Translations under genes and position numbers: made by a program
Shown here: in pieces, positions 8,940-18,441 of the stretch
How positions within the stretch are numbered: the first letter of the stretch is position 1
Layout: the number at the start of each line of letters is the position of its first letter
Assembly: GCA_963692915.1 (NCBI GenBank)
Contig: OY843584.1
Span: forward strand, 531,134-563,133
Origin: Cenarchaeum sp.
GTDB lineage: Archaea; Thermoproteota; Nitrososphaeria; Nitrososphaerales; Nitrosopumilaceae
Reading direction: 5' to 3'
DNA length: 32,000 nucleotides
Notes under the pieces: model-generated
What the model was told of the DNA's origin: nothing
What the model saw: the letters and a program-made list of their open reading frames with translations, nothing else
Databases searched by the model: none

Positions 8940-10160
8940 GGTCTCGTTTGCGGCCCACGGCCCCACACCTGCTTTATTACCCGATGGCGCCATCGCCGTG
9001 CGGTGATCGCAGACTCGCGTCTCGTGAGGGAGGCGCTTGCCAGGGAGTGGAACGAGCGCGTTGCTGCGTCATCACCACAGTGGCGCGACGGGGTGGACGG
9101 CTCGAGCCCGCCGTCAGTCTTTGTGGGTTCGCACATGTACCCGAGCCTTGGTGTCGGGCCACTTGTTCCCGCCGCACACGGTGACACGAGCATCTATGAC
9201 TCACCGGAGCGCTGGGGCGACATGTCACTTGAGGACATTGTGTCACTCCGGCTTCGACTTGTGCGCGGTGTGCGCAGGGTTCGCGCAGAGGAGACTGACA
9301 GCAGGTATGTGCGATCACTCCAAGAGGTGGCCATGGCATCGCGGCCGACTGATGCCGAGCTGAGCTTTGAGCGCCCTGCGGCCACGCAGGGCGTGCCTGA
9401 CGGGCATGCAGCGCCGTTTGGGCCAGTTGGGGAGATAAGGTCAGCGTCGTTTGCCGGCGCGCCTGTGTTTCGGACACTAGAGCGCGCGCACGAGGACACG
9501 GACATGGGGGCCGCCACGGCGATCCTTGAGCTCTACCGCGCAGGAGTGGACATTACCAGAATACAGAGGTGCCTCAGCATTGGGATGTTTGGGAAACGCC
9601 GACGGCTTGTCCCGACGCGATGGGGCATAACCGCAGTTGACTCTGTGATATCGTCCTCGCTGTCGCGCGAGGCCATGGAGATGCCCGAGCTCGACTCGTG
9701 GCGCGTGTTTGCCTCAGAAAGGCTTGGAAACATGTATGCGGTGATCCTCTATCCGCACGCATGGAGGTACGAGATGGTCGAGGCGTGGCCGAGGGAGGAT
9801 GGCACGATGGCCTTTGGGTCAGACTCTGAGGGCCATGCGGGAATTGACCACGCTCCGGCCATCGCCGGCGCGTACCACGCCGCGCGGCTCGCCGTCTGCG
9901 AGCACCTCGTGCGCATCGGCGCACACGCCGGCGCGCTCGTCCTGCGCGAGATACGGCCAGAGTACTCTGTGCCAGTTGGCGTGTGGCAGGTTCGCGAGGG
10001 CGTGCGCGAGGCGATGCGCTCCACGCACACAGTCGTGGACGGGATAGACGAGGCGATTAAGCTGGCCTCGTCCAGGACCAGCGTGAGTGCCGCCGAGTGG
10101 CTCTCGCACGGGACTACGGCACGCGAGCTGCATCAGAGGACGATTGCCGAGTTCATGTGA
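8940..10160 (+). CDS. NreA-like archaeal DNA repair protein (DUF650/DUF651 type)
   Basis: GVDGSSPPSVFVGSHMYPSLGVGPLVPAAHGDTSIYDSPERWG...; C-terminal LHQRTIAEFM. Open frame extends to 8862; true N-terminus unclear. Confidence 0.82.
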   Translation, partial: GLVCGPRPHTCFITRWRHRRAVIADSRLVREALAREWNERVAASSPQWRDGVDGSSPPSVFVGSHMYPSLGVGPLVPAAHGDTSIYDSPERWGDMSLEDIVSLRLRLVRGVRRVRAEETDSRYVRSLQEVAMASRPTDAELSFERPAATQGVPDGHAAPFGPVGEIRSASFAGAPVFRTLERAHEDTDMGAATAILELYRAGVDITRIQRCLSIGMFGKRRRLVPTRWGITAVDSVISSSLSREAMEMPELDSWRVFASERLGNMYAVILYPHAWRYEMVEAWPREDGTMAFGSDSEGHAGIDHAPAIAGAYHAARLAVCEHLVRIGAHAGALVLREIRPEYSVPVGVWQVREGVREAMRSTHTVVDGIDEAIKLASSRTSVSAAEWLSHGTTARELHQRTIAEFM

Positions 10161-10193
10161 GGCGCATCTCTGCGCCCACAGAACTGTTTATTT

Positions 10194-11144
10194 GTGCGCA
10201 TATGGGGTTGTGTGGGCATGGTGAATGCGATGATGCTCGTGGGCATGGCGCTAGTCGCCGCACCCGTGGCATTTGCGTTTGTGGCGTATCCGGACACGTT
10301 TGAGCTTGGCTGGAACCAGGGACGCGGCGGTGCGCTCTTTGCAGTGGCCTTTGCCGTGGCCGAGCTTGCAATGCTGCGAGTCGCGATCAGCACGCACCGC
10401 ATTGCCGCATGCGTGCCCATTGCCGCCGGCGCCATCGCGTATATAGCGGCAGCCGAGTCTGGCCTGCGCGACACGCTGGCCTCGACATCGATGGCCGCCG
10501 GAGTCGAGCTGTCTGCGTCATGGGCATGGATGTGGGACATTGCGATAATCACGGCGTTTATCGTGGCCACGCTCCATGTCCTTCTCGGGCTCAGGTGGCT
10601 GCGCCTCACGCCGGCCGGCCCCATCTTTCTTGGCGGTAGCGCGCTCATCCTGGGCCTTGATGCGTACTTTCCATACAACAAGCTCGGCGCGCTCCAGTAC
10701 GTGGTTCCGTACATGGTCGAGCTAAACGTGTGGCTCGTCGGGGTCTTTGATCTTGGCGTGGCCAACGCGCGCGACAACATGATGTTCCTGAGCGGCGACC
10801 ACGGGCACTTTGCGCTCCAGGTCTTTTGGCCGTCAGCCGGCGTTCACAGCATAATCATCTATTCGCTTGTGATGATGGCGTTTCTCCTAAAGATGCGCGT
10901 GCCGGCGCACCGCAAGGCCATATGGTTTGCCATCGGCATCGTCGGGACGATCACGGTAAACGTCATTAGGATATTCCTCCTGTCGTGGTATGCGCTAAAG
11001 GTCACGACTGACGCCGAGCGCTGGGAGGAGTTCCATTCAGTCGCCGGCGAGATCATGTTCTTGCCCTGGCTCTTTGCGTTCATCGTGCTCGTCATGGCAG
11101 TCGAGACGCGCCGCGCGCGCAGGATGGAGCAGGCTCAGGAATAG
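10194..11144 (+). CDS. Exosortase/archaeosortase-family multipass membrane protein (thaumarchaeosortase-like)
   Basis: Multiple hydrophobic helices; FWPSAGVHSIIIYSLVMMAFLL (usual A-C-S-G-x-x-S region), NVIRIFLLSWYA (conserved Arg), EEFHSVAGEIMF (conserved His). Confidence 0.75.
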   Translation: MRIWGCVGMVNAMMLVGMALVAAPVAFAFVAYPDTFELGWNQGRGGALFAVAFAVAELAMLRVAISTHRIAACVPIAAGAIAYIAAAESGLRDTLASTSMAAGVELSASWAWMWDIAIITAFIVATLHVLLGLRWLRLTPAGPIFLGGSALILGLDAYFPYNKLGALQYVVPYMVELNVWLVGVFDLGVANARDNMMFLSGDHGHFALQVFWPSAGVHSIIIYSLVMMAFLLKMRVPAHRKAIWFAIGIVGTITVNVIRIFLLSWYALKVTTDAERWEEFHSVAGEIMFLPWLFAFIVLVMAVETRRARRMEQAQE

Positions 11145-12226
11145 TCGTCCATGCTGGCCTGACCGCCGGCCTCTCCGAGCTCAGACACCCTGACCCCTAG
11201 GCGCCTCACGGGGATCTCTTGGGACTTTAGCGCTTCCTGCAGGAGCGACAGCGCGGCGCGCTCCATCTCGCGCAGCGACGACGTTGGGCTTCGAAGCGTA
11301 GTCGATCGTGATCTCGTTGCCATGTTTGCCTGGATGATCTGTATCCCCACACAACGAAACGTCCTCGAGTCGGCAGTAATGGCCCTGTGGACGCCTTCGC
11401 ACAGGGGCCCGACGCTTGCGGACAGAAACCCCGAGTCAGTCGAGTCACGCGAGAGCGTCACGATCTTGCTGTACTGGACGTTGGGCCCGCGCTCGGCCAC
11501 CGGCTCGTCGTCCTTTCCATTTGACACGTTATGCAGGTGTGTTCCCATGCGCCGCCCATATGCCTCGACTAGCGAAAAGACGCCACGTTCACGAATGTCT
11601 GCGACTGTCTTTAGCCCGTTTGAGACCAGTGACTCCTCTGCCCTCTTGCCGAGGCCGGGTATCTTGCGCACGCCCATTGGCCCCATGAACTCCTTTACTG
11701 TCTCTGGCGTCACAACCGTGAGGCCATCGGGCTTTTGATGGTCAGACGCAATCTTTGCGACCAGCCTGTTTGGCGCCACCCCTATCGAGCACGTGAGTGA
11801 CACGCCTGCACGCACGTCGTTCTTTACCTGCTGCGCTATGTGTCGCGCAGTGTCATAGCTCCCCGATGTCCTCTGCGTCACGTCCAGGTATGCCTCATCA
11901 CGCCCGACATACTCGAATATGTCCGCATGTCCCCTGATTATCTCCATCGCGCGCTCCGAGATATCGCCATAAAACCCAAAGTCAACTGGCAAAAACTCTG
12001 CCTCCGGCACGTCCTCTAGGCGCCTGCGGGCCAGGCTTATCGACATGCCGGACTTTACGCCATGCTCGCGTGCCACATAGTTTGCCGTCGCGACTGCGCC
12101 ACTGTCCCCACCCCTCCCGGAAAAGACGCAGACCACGAGCGGGACTGCGCAAAGGGCAGGCCTGCGCGTCTCCTCGCACTGTGCGTAGAAATGGTCAAAG
12201 TCCACGTGCATGACTATTCTCTCCAT
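11135..12226 (-). CDS. dinB: DNA polymerase IV / Dpo4-like Y-family polymerase
   Basis: MERIVMHVDFDHFYAQCEE...GRDEAYLDVT...SLTCSIGVAPNRLVAKIASDHQKPDGLTVV...KIPGLGKRAEESLVSNGL. ATG at 12226. Confidence 0.95.
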   Translation of the reverse strand: MERIVMHVDFDHFYAQCEETRRPALCAVPLVVCVFSGRGGDSGAVATANYVAREHGVKSGMSISLARRRLEDVPEAEFLPVDFGFYGDISERAMEIIRGHADIFEYVGRDEAYLDVTQRTSGSYDTARHIAQQVKNDVRAGVSLTCSIGVAPNRLVAKIASDHQKPDGLTVVTPETVKEFMGPMGVRKIPGLGKRAEESLVSNGLKTVADIRERGVFSLVEAYGRRMGTHLHNVSNGKDDEPVAERGPNVQYSKIVTLSRDSTDSGFLSASVGPLCEGVHRAITADSRTFRCVGIQIIQANMATRSRSTTLRSPTSSLREMERAALSLLQEALKSQEIPVRRLGVRVSELGEAGGQASMDDYS

Positions 12227-12343
12227 CTGCGCGCAGCGGCCCGCACACGGGCCATATATCTCGCTGGCGCGCAAGGGTCGGCAGGACCGCCCCTGTGACC
12301 ACCGGGTGTTGGGCTAAATAGCCCCCCCGCGCCGCTGCCCCCC

Positions 12344-13192
12344 ATGGAGAGGGCGGTGTCTGCCGGCGAGGGCGGAATGAAGGTCAGGCCCGAGCTCATG
12401 GAGACTGACACGCTATACCATTGCATTGCGGGAGGCAGGCTCATGCTGGTGTATCGCGACGCGCAGGAGATAATGCACTGCTATGAGGTTGATGACGAGA
12501 GCCTGCTCAAAGCCGTTCGCTCGTGTCCTACCTATGAGGAGGCCTCGCGCCTGCTAGAGCGCATGGGCGAGGGGGACATGAATAGGGTTATTAACCAACA
12601 GGATCCGAGTGATGCCACAATGAGCGCAGACAGCGACGCCGCAAAGGTTTACAGCGAATACACGTCATCGAGTTCGGATTCAGGTGAGGCCTCGCAGAAC
12701 ACGTCATCAGAGCGACCGCTAGAGATGCATCCCGAAGGTGCGGCTAGCGCCGGTTCGGGTGACTCGTGCGGATGCCATGGGGAGGGCGGCTCATGCGAAG
12801 GTGATGGTGCGTCGAGCCAGTCCGGAGACAGGCCCGAGGGCGGCCATGACAGCCATGGTGACGGCCATGGCGCAGACGGCGCGAGAGAGGGTGAAGGCTC
12901 AAAGCAGGACAACGAGCCACGCGACAGGAGTGTTGTGCTCATCGGCATAAAGCCGATCATGACATATGTCACGGCAACGCTCACGCAGCTTGCCACGCTT
13001 CCAAAGATAACGATAAAAGCGCGCGGAAAGCGCATAACGCAGGCCGTGGACGTCTCGCAGATGATTGTAAAGAGAATGAACACCGTTGGATACCAGATAT
13101 CTGACGTTCGAATCGCCTCGGACAGCTTTACTGGCGAGGACGGGCGAAACCGCAAAATCTCCACAATGGAGATTGACATCATAAAGTCCTAG
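12344..13192 (+). CDS. Alba-domain protein with an N-terminal extension and a long acidic/Ser/Gly/His low-complexity linker
   Basis: C-terminus RSVVLIGIKPIMTYVTATLTQLATLPKITIKARGKRITQAVDVSQMIVKRMNTVGYQISDVRIASDSFTGEDGRNRKISTMEIDIIKS matches the Alba pattern. One uninterrupted ORF; start uncertain. Confidence 0.88.
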   Translation: MERAVSAGEGGMKVRPELMETDTLYHCIAGGRLMLVYRDAQEIMHCYEVDDESLLKAVRSCPTYEEASRLLERMGEGDMNRVINQQDPSDATMSADSDAAKVYSEYTSSSSDSGEASQNTSSERPLEMHPEGAASAGSGDSCGCHGEGGSCEGDGASSQSGDRPEGGHDSHGDGHGADGAREGEGSKQDNEPRDRSVVLIGIKPIMTYVTATLTQLATLPKITIKARGKRITQAVDVSQMIVKRMNTVGYQISDVRIASDSFTGEDGRNRKISTMEIDIIKS

Positions 13193-13824
13193 GCGCGTAT
13201 AGCCTCTAGCGCAAACAGCACTCCAATTCCTGCCATTGTCACAACGAGCGCAATGTCTGTTACGCGGCGCACGCGCCCCTGCATCACAGTTGAGCCCCTC
13301 CGTGCCAGCGCGGCAACTGCTGCGAGCCACACAATGTCCATGGGTATGTGCAGCGCAAAGAGGATCGGCGGACCCCATGAGGAGAGTATGTCTGTAGAGT
13401 CGGTGACGAGCTTTAGGCCAACAGTTGCCCACCATGCCCAAAAGAACGGGTTGATCGCGCTTAGTGCAGCACCCATTGCAAGCGCACTGTGCATGCCGGC
13501 GCGAGACTGGGCCTTTGAGCCCCTGTGCGATCCAAGGGTACTGCGCGCATGGATGGCTGCAAACGCAAAGAGCCCTGCTGCGCCAAGCGCCGAGACTGCA
13601 GCATGCGCTCCGGGGACTGACCCGAGCGGCACGATTCCTGCCCCGAGCGCAATGACGAGGGGCAGCTCGATGGCAGCGTGACCAATCGCAAGAAGGACTC
13701 CGGCACGCATGCCGCCGCCGCGCATTCCGAGGGCGATGCCGGCGGCAAGAAGCGGTCCGGGCGCGAGTGCGCCAGAGATGGACACGGCTGCAACGGTGGC
13801 CGCAAACGGCCCTAGGGCTTCCAA
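13189..13824 (-). CDS. LysE-family transporter
   Basis: GPFAATVAAVSISGALAPGPLLAAGIALGMRGG...SAINPFFWAWWATVG, six hydrophobic helices. Confidence 0.85.
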   Translation of the reverse strand: MEALGPFAATVAAVSISGALAPGPLLAAGIALGMRGGGMRAGVLLAIGHAAIELPLVIALGAGIVPLGSVPGAHAAVSALGAAGLFAFAAIHARSTLGSHRGSKAQSRAGMHSALAMGAALSAINPFFWAWWATVGLKLVTDSTDILSSWGPPILFALHIPMDIVWLAAVAALARRGSTVMQGRVRRVTDIALVVTMAGIGVLFALEAIRA

Positions 13825-13827
13825 CTT

Positions 13828-14559
13828 CTAGCCGTACATTCCGCGCTTTAGCACGCCCTCGCCGGATTCAGTCTTGGCCTCGCGAATTGCAAGCTCGGCC
13901 TTTTCGGCCTCTGCCTGTAGCGTCGCCATGTCGCACGCCGTGCCGGGCACTAGCCGTGACATTGCCGTGCACAGGAGCGCACCTGCACGATAGTCTGCGC
14001 CTTCGTGCGTGGGGTTGAATAGCACCACAATGACGTTCTGGCTGTTGAGTGCGCCATAGTTGAGCAGCGATCCGGGTATTCCTGTCACCATTCCGGTTTC
14101 CATGACCTCCATTGACGCATCTGATATCTTTTTTCGCGCGTCATCCGTGCTGCCTGCTGCCATGATCTTTCCCTCTGGCATCTGCGTCCCGACTGCAACA
14201 CTGCTGACTATCCACGAGACCTTGTGATCGCGCGCCCACCTGAGCATCATGCGCGCTATGGGCTTGTGCTCTGAGGCCGGAAGCGAGAGATATGAGGAAA
14301 AGACTGCGACCTTTATCTTGCTGTTGGCAAACACGCGAGTTGGATGAAATGGCCGCGAGTTCTGAACCATGCTCACCGGCGGAAACTTGTCCGAGTCAAT
14401 CGTCGCGACGGGGGTGAACTTCATCGTGTTTATGAGCGATGCCGAGGCGATTGCGCTCGTGTGCCCAGTTGAGGGAAACCCGTCTATGAGGTAGCCGCCC
14501 TCAACGTCTGTGGATTCTAGCTCGTTTATGTGGTACCTTTGGTTCGTGAGCCGCCGCAA
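13828..14559 (-). CDS. PAC2-family protein (proteasome assembly chaperone-like)
   Basis: YLIDGFPSTGHTSAIASASLI...TGIPGSLLNYGAL...; PAC2-like pattern. Confidence 0.75.
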   Translation of the reverse strand: MRRLTNQRYHINELESTDVEGGYLIDGFPSTGHTSAIASASLINTMKFTPVATIDSDKFPPVSMVQNSRPFHPTRVFANSKIKVAVFSSYLSLPASEHKPIARMMLRWARDHKVSWIVSSVAVGTQMPEGKIMAAGSTDDARKKISDASMEVMETGMVTGIPGSLLNYGALNSQNVIVVLFNPTHEGADYRAGALLCTAMSRLVPGTACDMATLQAEAEKAELAIREAKTESGEGVLKRGMYG

Positions 14560-14580
14560 GCGACCAACAATAATAGTATT

Positions 14581-15540
14581 TCACCCATCACGGCGACCTT
14601 CCATGCGCTCCAGGAGGGCCGCATAGAGAAACGGCAGTGCCACCGTGGCCTCGGCGTGGAGCGTCGCCTGCCGCGCCCCCTTTGCAACCTTTCCCCACGA
14701 CACGGCTTCTCTGACCGGTGCGCCGCTCAGACTGCCGTCGTGCTCATCAGCAGTAGTCACGTACAGCGCATAGTCGAGGCCACCACGGTACTGGTTCCAC
14801 CATAGCGTGTGGTGCTTTGATATCCCGCCGCCCACCATGAGTGCACCTGACCTCTTTGCGCCAAACACTAGCCCTGAGAGCATCTCAGAGTCCCTCACTA
14901 TGTCGAGCGCAAACTCCGCATGTCCCTGGCAGAACGTCCAGACCTGGCTGCCAACGGCACCGTCCATTATTCCTGGCACGATCACGGGTATGCCATTCTT
15001 GGCTGCCCAGTGCAGGAACGAGTCCTCGCCCGTGTGCTCACCGATAATCCTGGTCACGTCGGCAGTGGAGACAGAGCGCGTGCCCGAGTCGTACTCTGCG
15101 GCCAGGAACCCTTGCATCTTTTCCTCGATCAGCGTTCCATAGCTTGACGCGGGCACAAGAACGCTGCCTAGGCGGTGGATGTCCTGGTCTGCGAGCTCCG
15201 AGTCATCCATCGTGAACGAGCCGGCGTTATAGTCAGCAAACGAGCGTGCAAGGTCATGGTCCAGCGCGCCACACGTCGTGATAATGACATCAAACATGCG
15301 CCTCTTTGCCATGTCGCGCATGATGCCGCGTAGGCCAGTTGACATTGTCGCGCCCACAAACGAGAGGAACTTTAGGCATTTGTCGTCTGATTCCATATCA
15401 TGGAGTATGTCGAGTCCTGCGGCCATGTTTATGGACTCAAATCCGCCCGAGCCGGCCATCTCGGATATTATCCCCGCCGGTGACGAGTTGGCGCGTATGC
15501 TAATGTCCTTGACGGCATCGCCGAGCTCAACCATGCGCAC
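14581..15540 (-). CDS. dys: Deoxyhypusine synthase
   Basis: SFVGATMSTGLRGIMRDM, TTCGALDHDLAR, GGGISKHHTLWWNQYRGGLDYALYVTTADEHDGSLSGAPVREAVSWGK (catalytic Lys region). Confidence 0.95.
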   Translation of the reverse strand: MRMVELGDAVKDISIRANSSPAGIISEMAGSGGFESINMAAGLDILHDMESDDKCLKFLSFVGATMSTGLRGIMRDMAKRRMFDVIITTCGALDHDLARSFADYNAGSFTMDDSELADQDIHRLGSVLVPASSYGTLIEEKMQGFLAAEYDSGTRSVSTADVTRIIGEHTGEDSFLHWAAKNGIPVIVPGIMDGAVGSQVWTFCQGHAEFALDIVRDSEMLSGLVFGAKRSGALMVGGGISKHHTLWWNQYRGGLDYALYVTTADEHDGSLSGAPVREAVSWGKVAKGARQATLHAEATVALPFLYAALLERMEGRRDG

Positions 15541-15807
15541 GCCGCAAAGACGCCGGTAATAAAACCCTGACTAGGCGTGACGCCTTTGGGGGCACGCGCA
15601 GCGGCGCAAAGTCTGAACTTTGGCATGGCAGCTCTGATCGCCACATGGTCATGCGATGTGGCCGATACGGCAGACACTCGTTGAGTTGCATGCCCGCGAC
15701 CCCCTGTTCGCGCACATGCCCTGCTTGGGGCCGATTTGGATCCGGTGCGCACGGTCGTCTTGGAACGGCACGCGCCTATAACTTAAATTGAGCCTAATGT
15801 CCCACCG

Positions 15808-16908
15808 TTGACATTGGCAGACAAGATCAAGGTTGCCCTCGTGGGCATTGGAAACTGCTTTGCGGGTCTCATACAGGGAATAGAGTACTATCGGCGCAAC
15901 CCCACGCAAGAGGTTATTGGCATAATCCACGACAAGATCGCCGGCCGCGGAATTCATGACATTGAGTTTGTGTGCGGCTTTGATGTGGGGGACAACAAGG
16001 TCGGCTCGACGATAAACGAAGCCATATACTCCAAGCCAAACATGGTCACCTGGATACCCAGGGATGAGATGCCCAAGACGAGCGCAACGGTCTACGAGGC
16101 ACCCGCGCTTGACGGTGTTGGCATATGGGTTCACAACCGCATAAACCCGATCAAGAGCGACACGAGTGTGGAGGAGCTTGGCGAGACGGCAAGAAAGGTG
16201 CTGCGCGAGACGGGAGCTGAGGTTCTCGTGTCATACCTTCCCGTGGGTTCCGAGGAGGCCACAAAGTTCTGGGCACAGGTGTGCCTTGACACAAAGACGG
16301 CGTTTGTCAACTGCATCCCGTCGTTTATCGCGTCAGATGAGACATGGGCGAAAAAGTTTGCTGAGCGCGGCGTGCCCGTTATCGGTGATGACATCAAGGG
16401 GCAGGTTGGCGCAACGATCGTCCATCGCACGCTTGCAAAGCTGTGCAATGACCGCGGAACAAAAATAGAAAAGACATACCAGATCAACGTGGGGGGAAAT
16501 ACTGACTTTTTGAACATGAAGGAGCAGGATCGGCTTGTGAGCAAAAGGATCTCAAAGACCGAGAGCGTACAGAGCCAGCTTGATGAGCGGCTGGATGATG
16601 ACAACATATACGTCGGCCCATCGGACTTTATACCGTTTCTTGGCAACACAAAGCTCATGTTTATGCGAATAGAGGGCAGACAGTGGGCAAACATCCCGTA
16701 TAACATGGAGGTTCGGCTCGATGTTGATGACAAGGCCAACTCGGCGGGAATCGTCATCGATGCGATCCGGCTCGCAAAGCTTGCGCTCGAGCAGGGGATT
16801 GGAGGGCCAGTCCATGAGGCGTGCGCATATCTCATGAAGCACCCGCCGCGCCAGATGGGCGACCAGGATGCGCGCAGGGCGTGCGACGAGCTAATCTCGG
16901 GCGCCTAG
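15808..16908 (+). CDS. ino1: Inositol-3-phosphate (myo-inositol-1-phosphate) synthase
   Basis: IKVALVGIGNCFAGLIQGIEYYR, VNCIPSFIASDETWAKKFAERGVPVIGDDIKGQVGATIVHRTL; TATA-like TATAACTTAAAT upstream. Confidence 0.93.
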   Translation: MTLADKIKVALVGIGNCFAGLIQGIEYYRRNPTQEVIGIIHDKIAGRGIHDIEFVCGFDVGDNKVGSTINEAIYSKPNMVTWIPRDEMPKTSATVYEAPALDGVGIWVHNRINPIKSDTSVEELGETARKVLRETGAEVLVSYLPVGSEEATKFWAQVCLDTKTAFVNCIPSFIASDETWAKKFAERGVPVIGDDIKGQVGATIVHRTLAKLCNDRGTKIEKTYQINVGGNTDFLNMKEQDRLVSKRISKTESVQSQLDERLDDDNIYVGPSDFIPFLGNTKLMFMRIEGRQWANIPYNMEVRLDVDDKANSAGIVIDAIRLAKLALEQGIGGPVHEACAYLMKHPPRQMGDQDARRACDELISGA

Positions 16909-17520
16909 CGCGGCGCGGAGGCTCTCGGAGAGTGACGGCTTGTCTGGCTGCGCAATGACATAGTCGAGGTCATCGCGCGTGTCGACATCTAGCATTACCC
17001 TGCGGACCAGGGCAAGCGTCGTGCGCAGGCCTGCCGCATGGGCAGTCGCGACGTGTATCCTGTGGCTGTCCTCGTCATAGTGCGTCTCGTGCGCGCATGG
17101 CGGCGAGCGCACGAGGGCGTTGGTCCCGTCGAGGCGCCTCGAGGGCACCACGAGGGAGCCGTGCTGCGGGGCCAGGCGCAGTATGGCGTCAATGTCGCCG
17201 GCCTCCACGAGGGGTATGTCCTGGGGGATGACTAGCGATGCCCCATAGTCGCCGGCCACGCCGTCAGCGAGCGAGACAGCCCCATTGACACCGGCCTCGC
17301 GTGGCTCGTCGACGACCTCGGCGCCTGCCCTTGATGCGACAGACGCCGCACGCGCGTCTCCGGTGACGACGACTGTTGCTGACACCTGCGAGGAGACGAC
17401 GGCGTCTAGGACAGATCCGAGCATTGTCTCGCACACTGCCTCGCGTGCCGCACGGCTGGCGTCTAGCCGGGACTTTGCGCGCGCGAATGACTTTACGGGT
17501 ATGATTGCCACGGCGTCCAT
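16891..17520 (-). CDS. cofC: 2-phospho-L-lactate guanylyltransferase (F420 biosynthesis)
   Basis: MDAVAIIPVKSFARAKSRLDASRAAREAVCETML...SLVIPQDIPLV; adjacent to cofD. Confidence 0.9.
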   Translation of the reverse strand: MDAVAIIPVKSFARAKSRLDASRAAREAVCETMLGSVLDAVVSSQVSATVVVTGDARAASVASRAGAEVVDEPREAGVNGAVSLADGVAGDYGASLVIPQDIPLVEAGDIDAILRLAPQHGSLVVPSRRLDGTNALVRSPPCAHETHYDEDSHRIHVATAHAAGLRTTLALVRRVMLDVDTRDDLDYVIAQPDKPSLSESLRAALGARD

Positions 17521-17526
17521 TATGTC

Positions 17527-18441
17527 CTAGCGTGCCTGCTTTAGGACAAACGCCGCCAGTGCCTTCTCGGCCTGCCTGTTCTTCATCACTATCTTTGCGG
17601 TATGCACGTTCATGTCGATGTTGGACATCTTGTTGACAAGTGCCTTGTCCTTTGTGTCGACCACTATTGACGAGCACGCGTGCGCGTACATTTTTGCGAC
17701 GCCGAGTGCGCTAACCTCTATTCCGGCTGCCTCCATGTACTGTGCGGCCGGCCCGCTCACGGCCTCGTTGCCGACGATGGGGCTCACGGCAATTGTCTTT
17801 TTTCGCGCCCGTGCTAGATCCTTCCGTATTGCCTGCAGCTTTAGTATTGGCCCAATGCTAGTCAGCGGGTTTCCTGGCGCAATGACCACAAGCTTTGAGT
17901 CCTGTATTGCGCGGCTGACCTCGGGATTTGGACGTGCCCTGTCGGCTCCATCATAGCGTATTCCTGTGACAGGCTCGCGCCCCTTGTGCTTTACCCAGTA
18001 CTCCTGTATGTGCATGTCGCCTTTTTTGGTCGATATTATCGTCTCAACCTTGCTGTCAGTGGATGGCATGACATTGACGTTTATCGCAAATCTGCCGCAC
18101 ATCCACCTCGTTATCTCGCTGAGATTCTTGCCGTTCTTTAGCATGTTCGTCCTCATCAAGTGCGTTGCCGCATCGCGGTCGCCTATGCGAAACCACGTCT
18201 CTTCCCCAAATGCCTCCATCTGGCGCAAAAAGTTGAACGAGTCCTTTCGGATTCCCCACCCCTTGTCACGGTCGAGGAGGTCGGCTAGGCCGTACACGGT
18301 GGTGTCAATGTCAGGGCAGATGTACATGTCGTACATCCACAGGTTGTCGCCCACGTTGCACACGACATTGACGTCGCTCTCGCACGCGGCAAGACCCCGT
18401 ACGAGCTTTATTGATCCCGTGCCACCTGCAAGTACCGTTAT
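17527..18441 (-). CDS. cofD: 2-phospho-L-lactate transferase (F420 biosynthesis)
   Basis: ITVLAGGTGSIKLVRGLAACESDVNVVCNVGDNLWMYDMYICPDIDTTVYGLADLLDRDKGWG...VVIAPGNPLTSIGPIL. Supplied ORF begins at 18363, but the conserved N-terminus is encoded upstream to about 18441 without a standard start codon. Confidence 0.9.
   Translation of the reverse strand: MTVLAGGTGSIKLVRGLAACESDVNVVCNVGDNLWMYDMYICPDIDTTVYGLADLLDRDKGWGIRKDSFNFLRQMEAFGEETWFRIGDRDAATHLMRTNMLKNGKNLSEITRWMCGRFAINVNVMPSTDSKVETIISTKKGDMHIQEYWVKHKGREPVTGIRYDGADRARPNPEVSRAIQDSKLVVIAPGNPLTSIGPILKLQAIRKDLARARKKTIAVSPIVGNEAVSGPAAQYMEAAGIEVSALGVAKMYAHACSSIVVDTKDKALVNKMSNIDMNVHTAKIVMKNRQAEKALAAFVLKQAR

Noticed and set aside
13189-15540. LysE-PAC2-deoxyhypusine synthase run as a novel operon
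   Set aside because: Close-packed same-strand genes, but all with known general functions and no functional link I can support.
15541-15807. Possible structured RNA upstream of ino1 (GTGACGCC/GGCG-rich stretch)
   Set aside because: Several short inverted repeats but no family signature; more simply explained as a promoter region with a TATA-like box before ino1.
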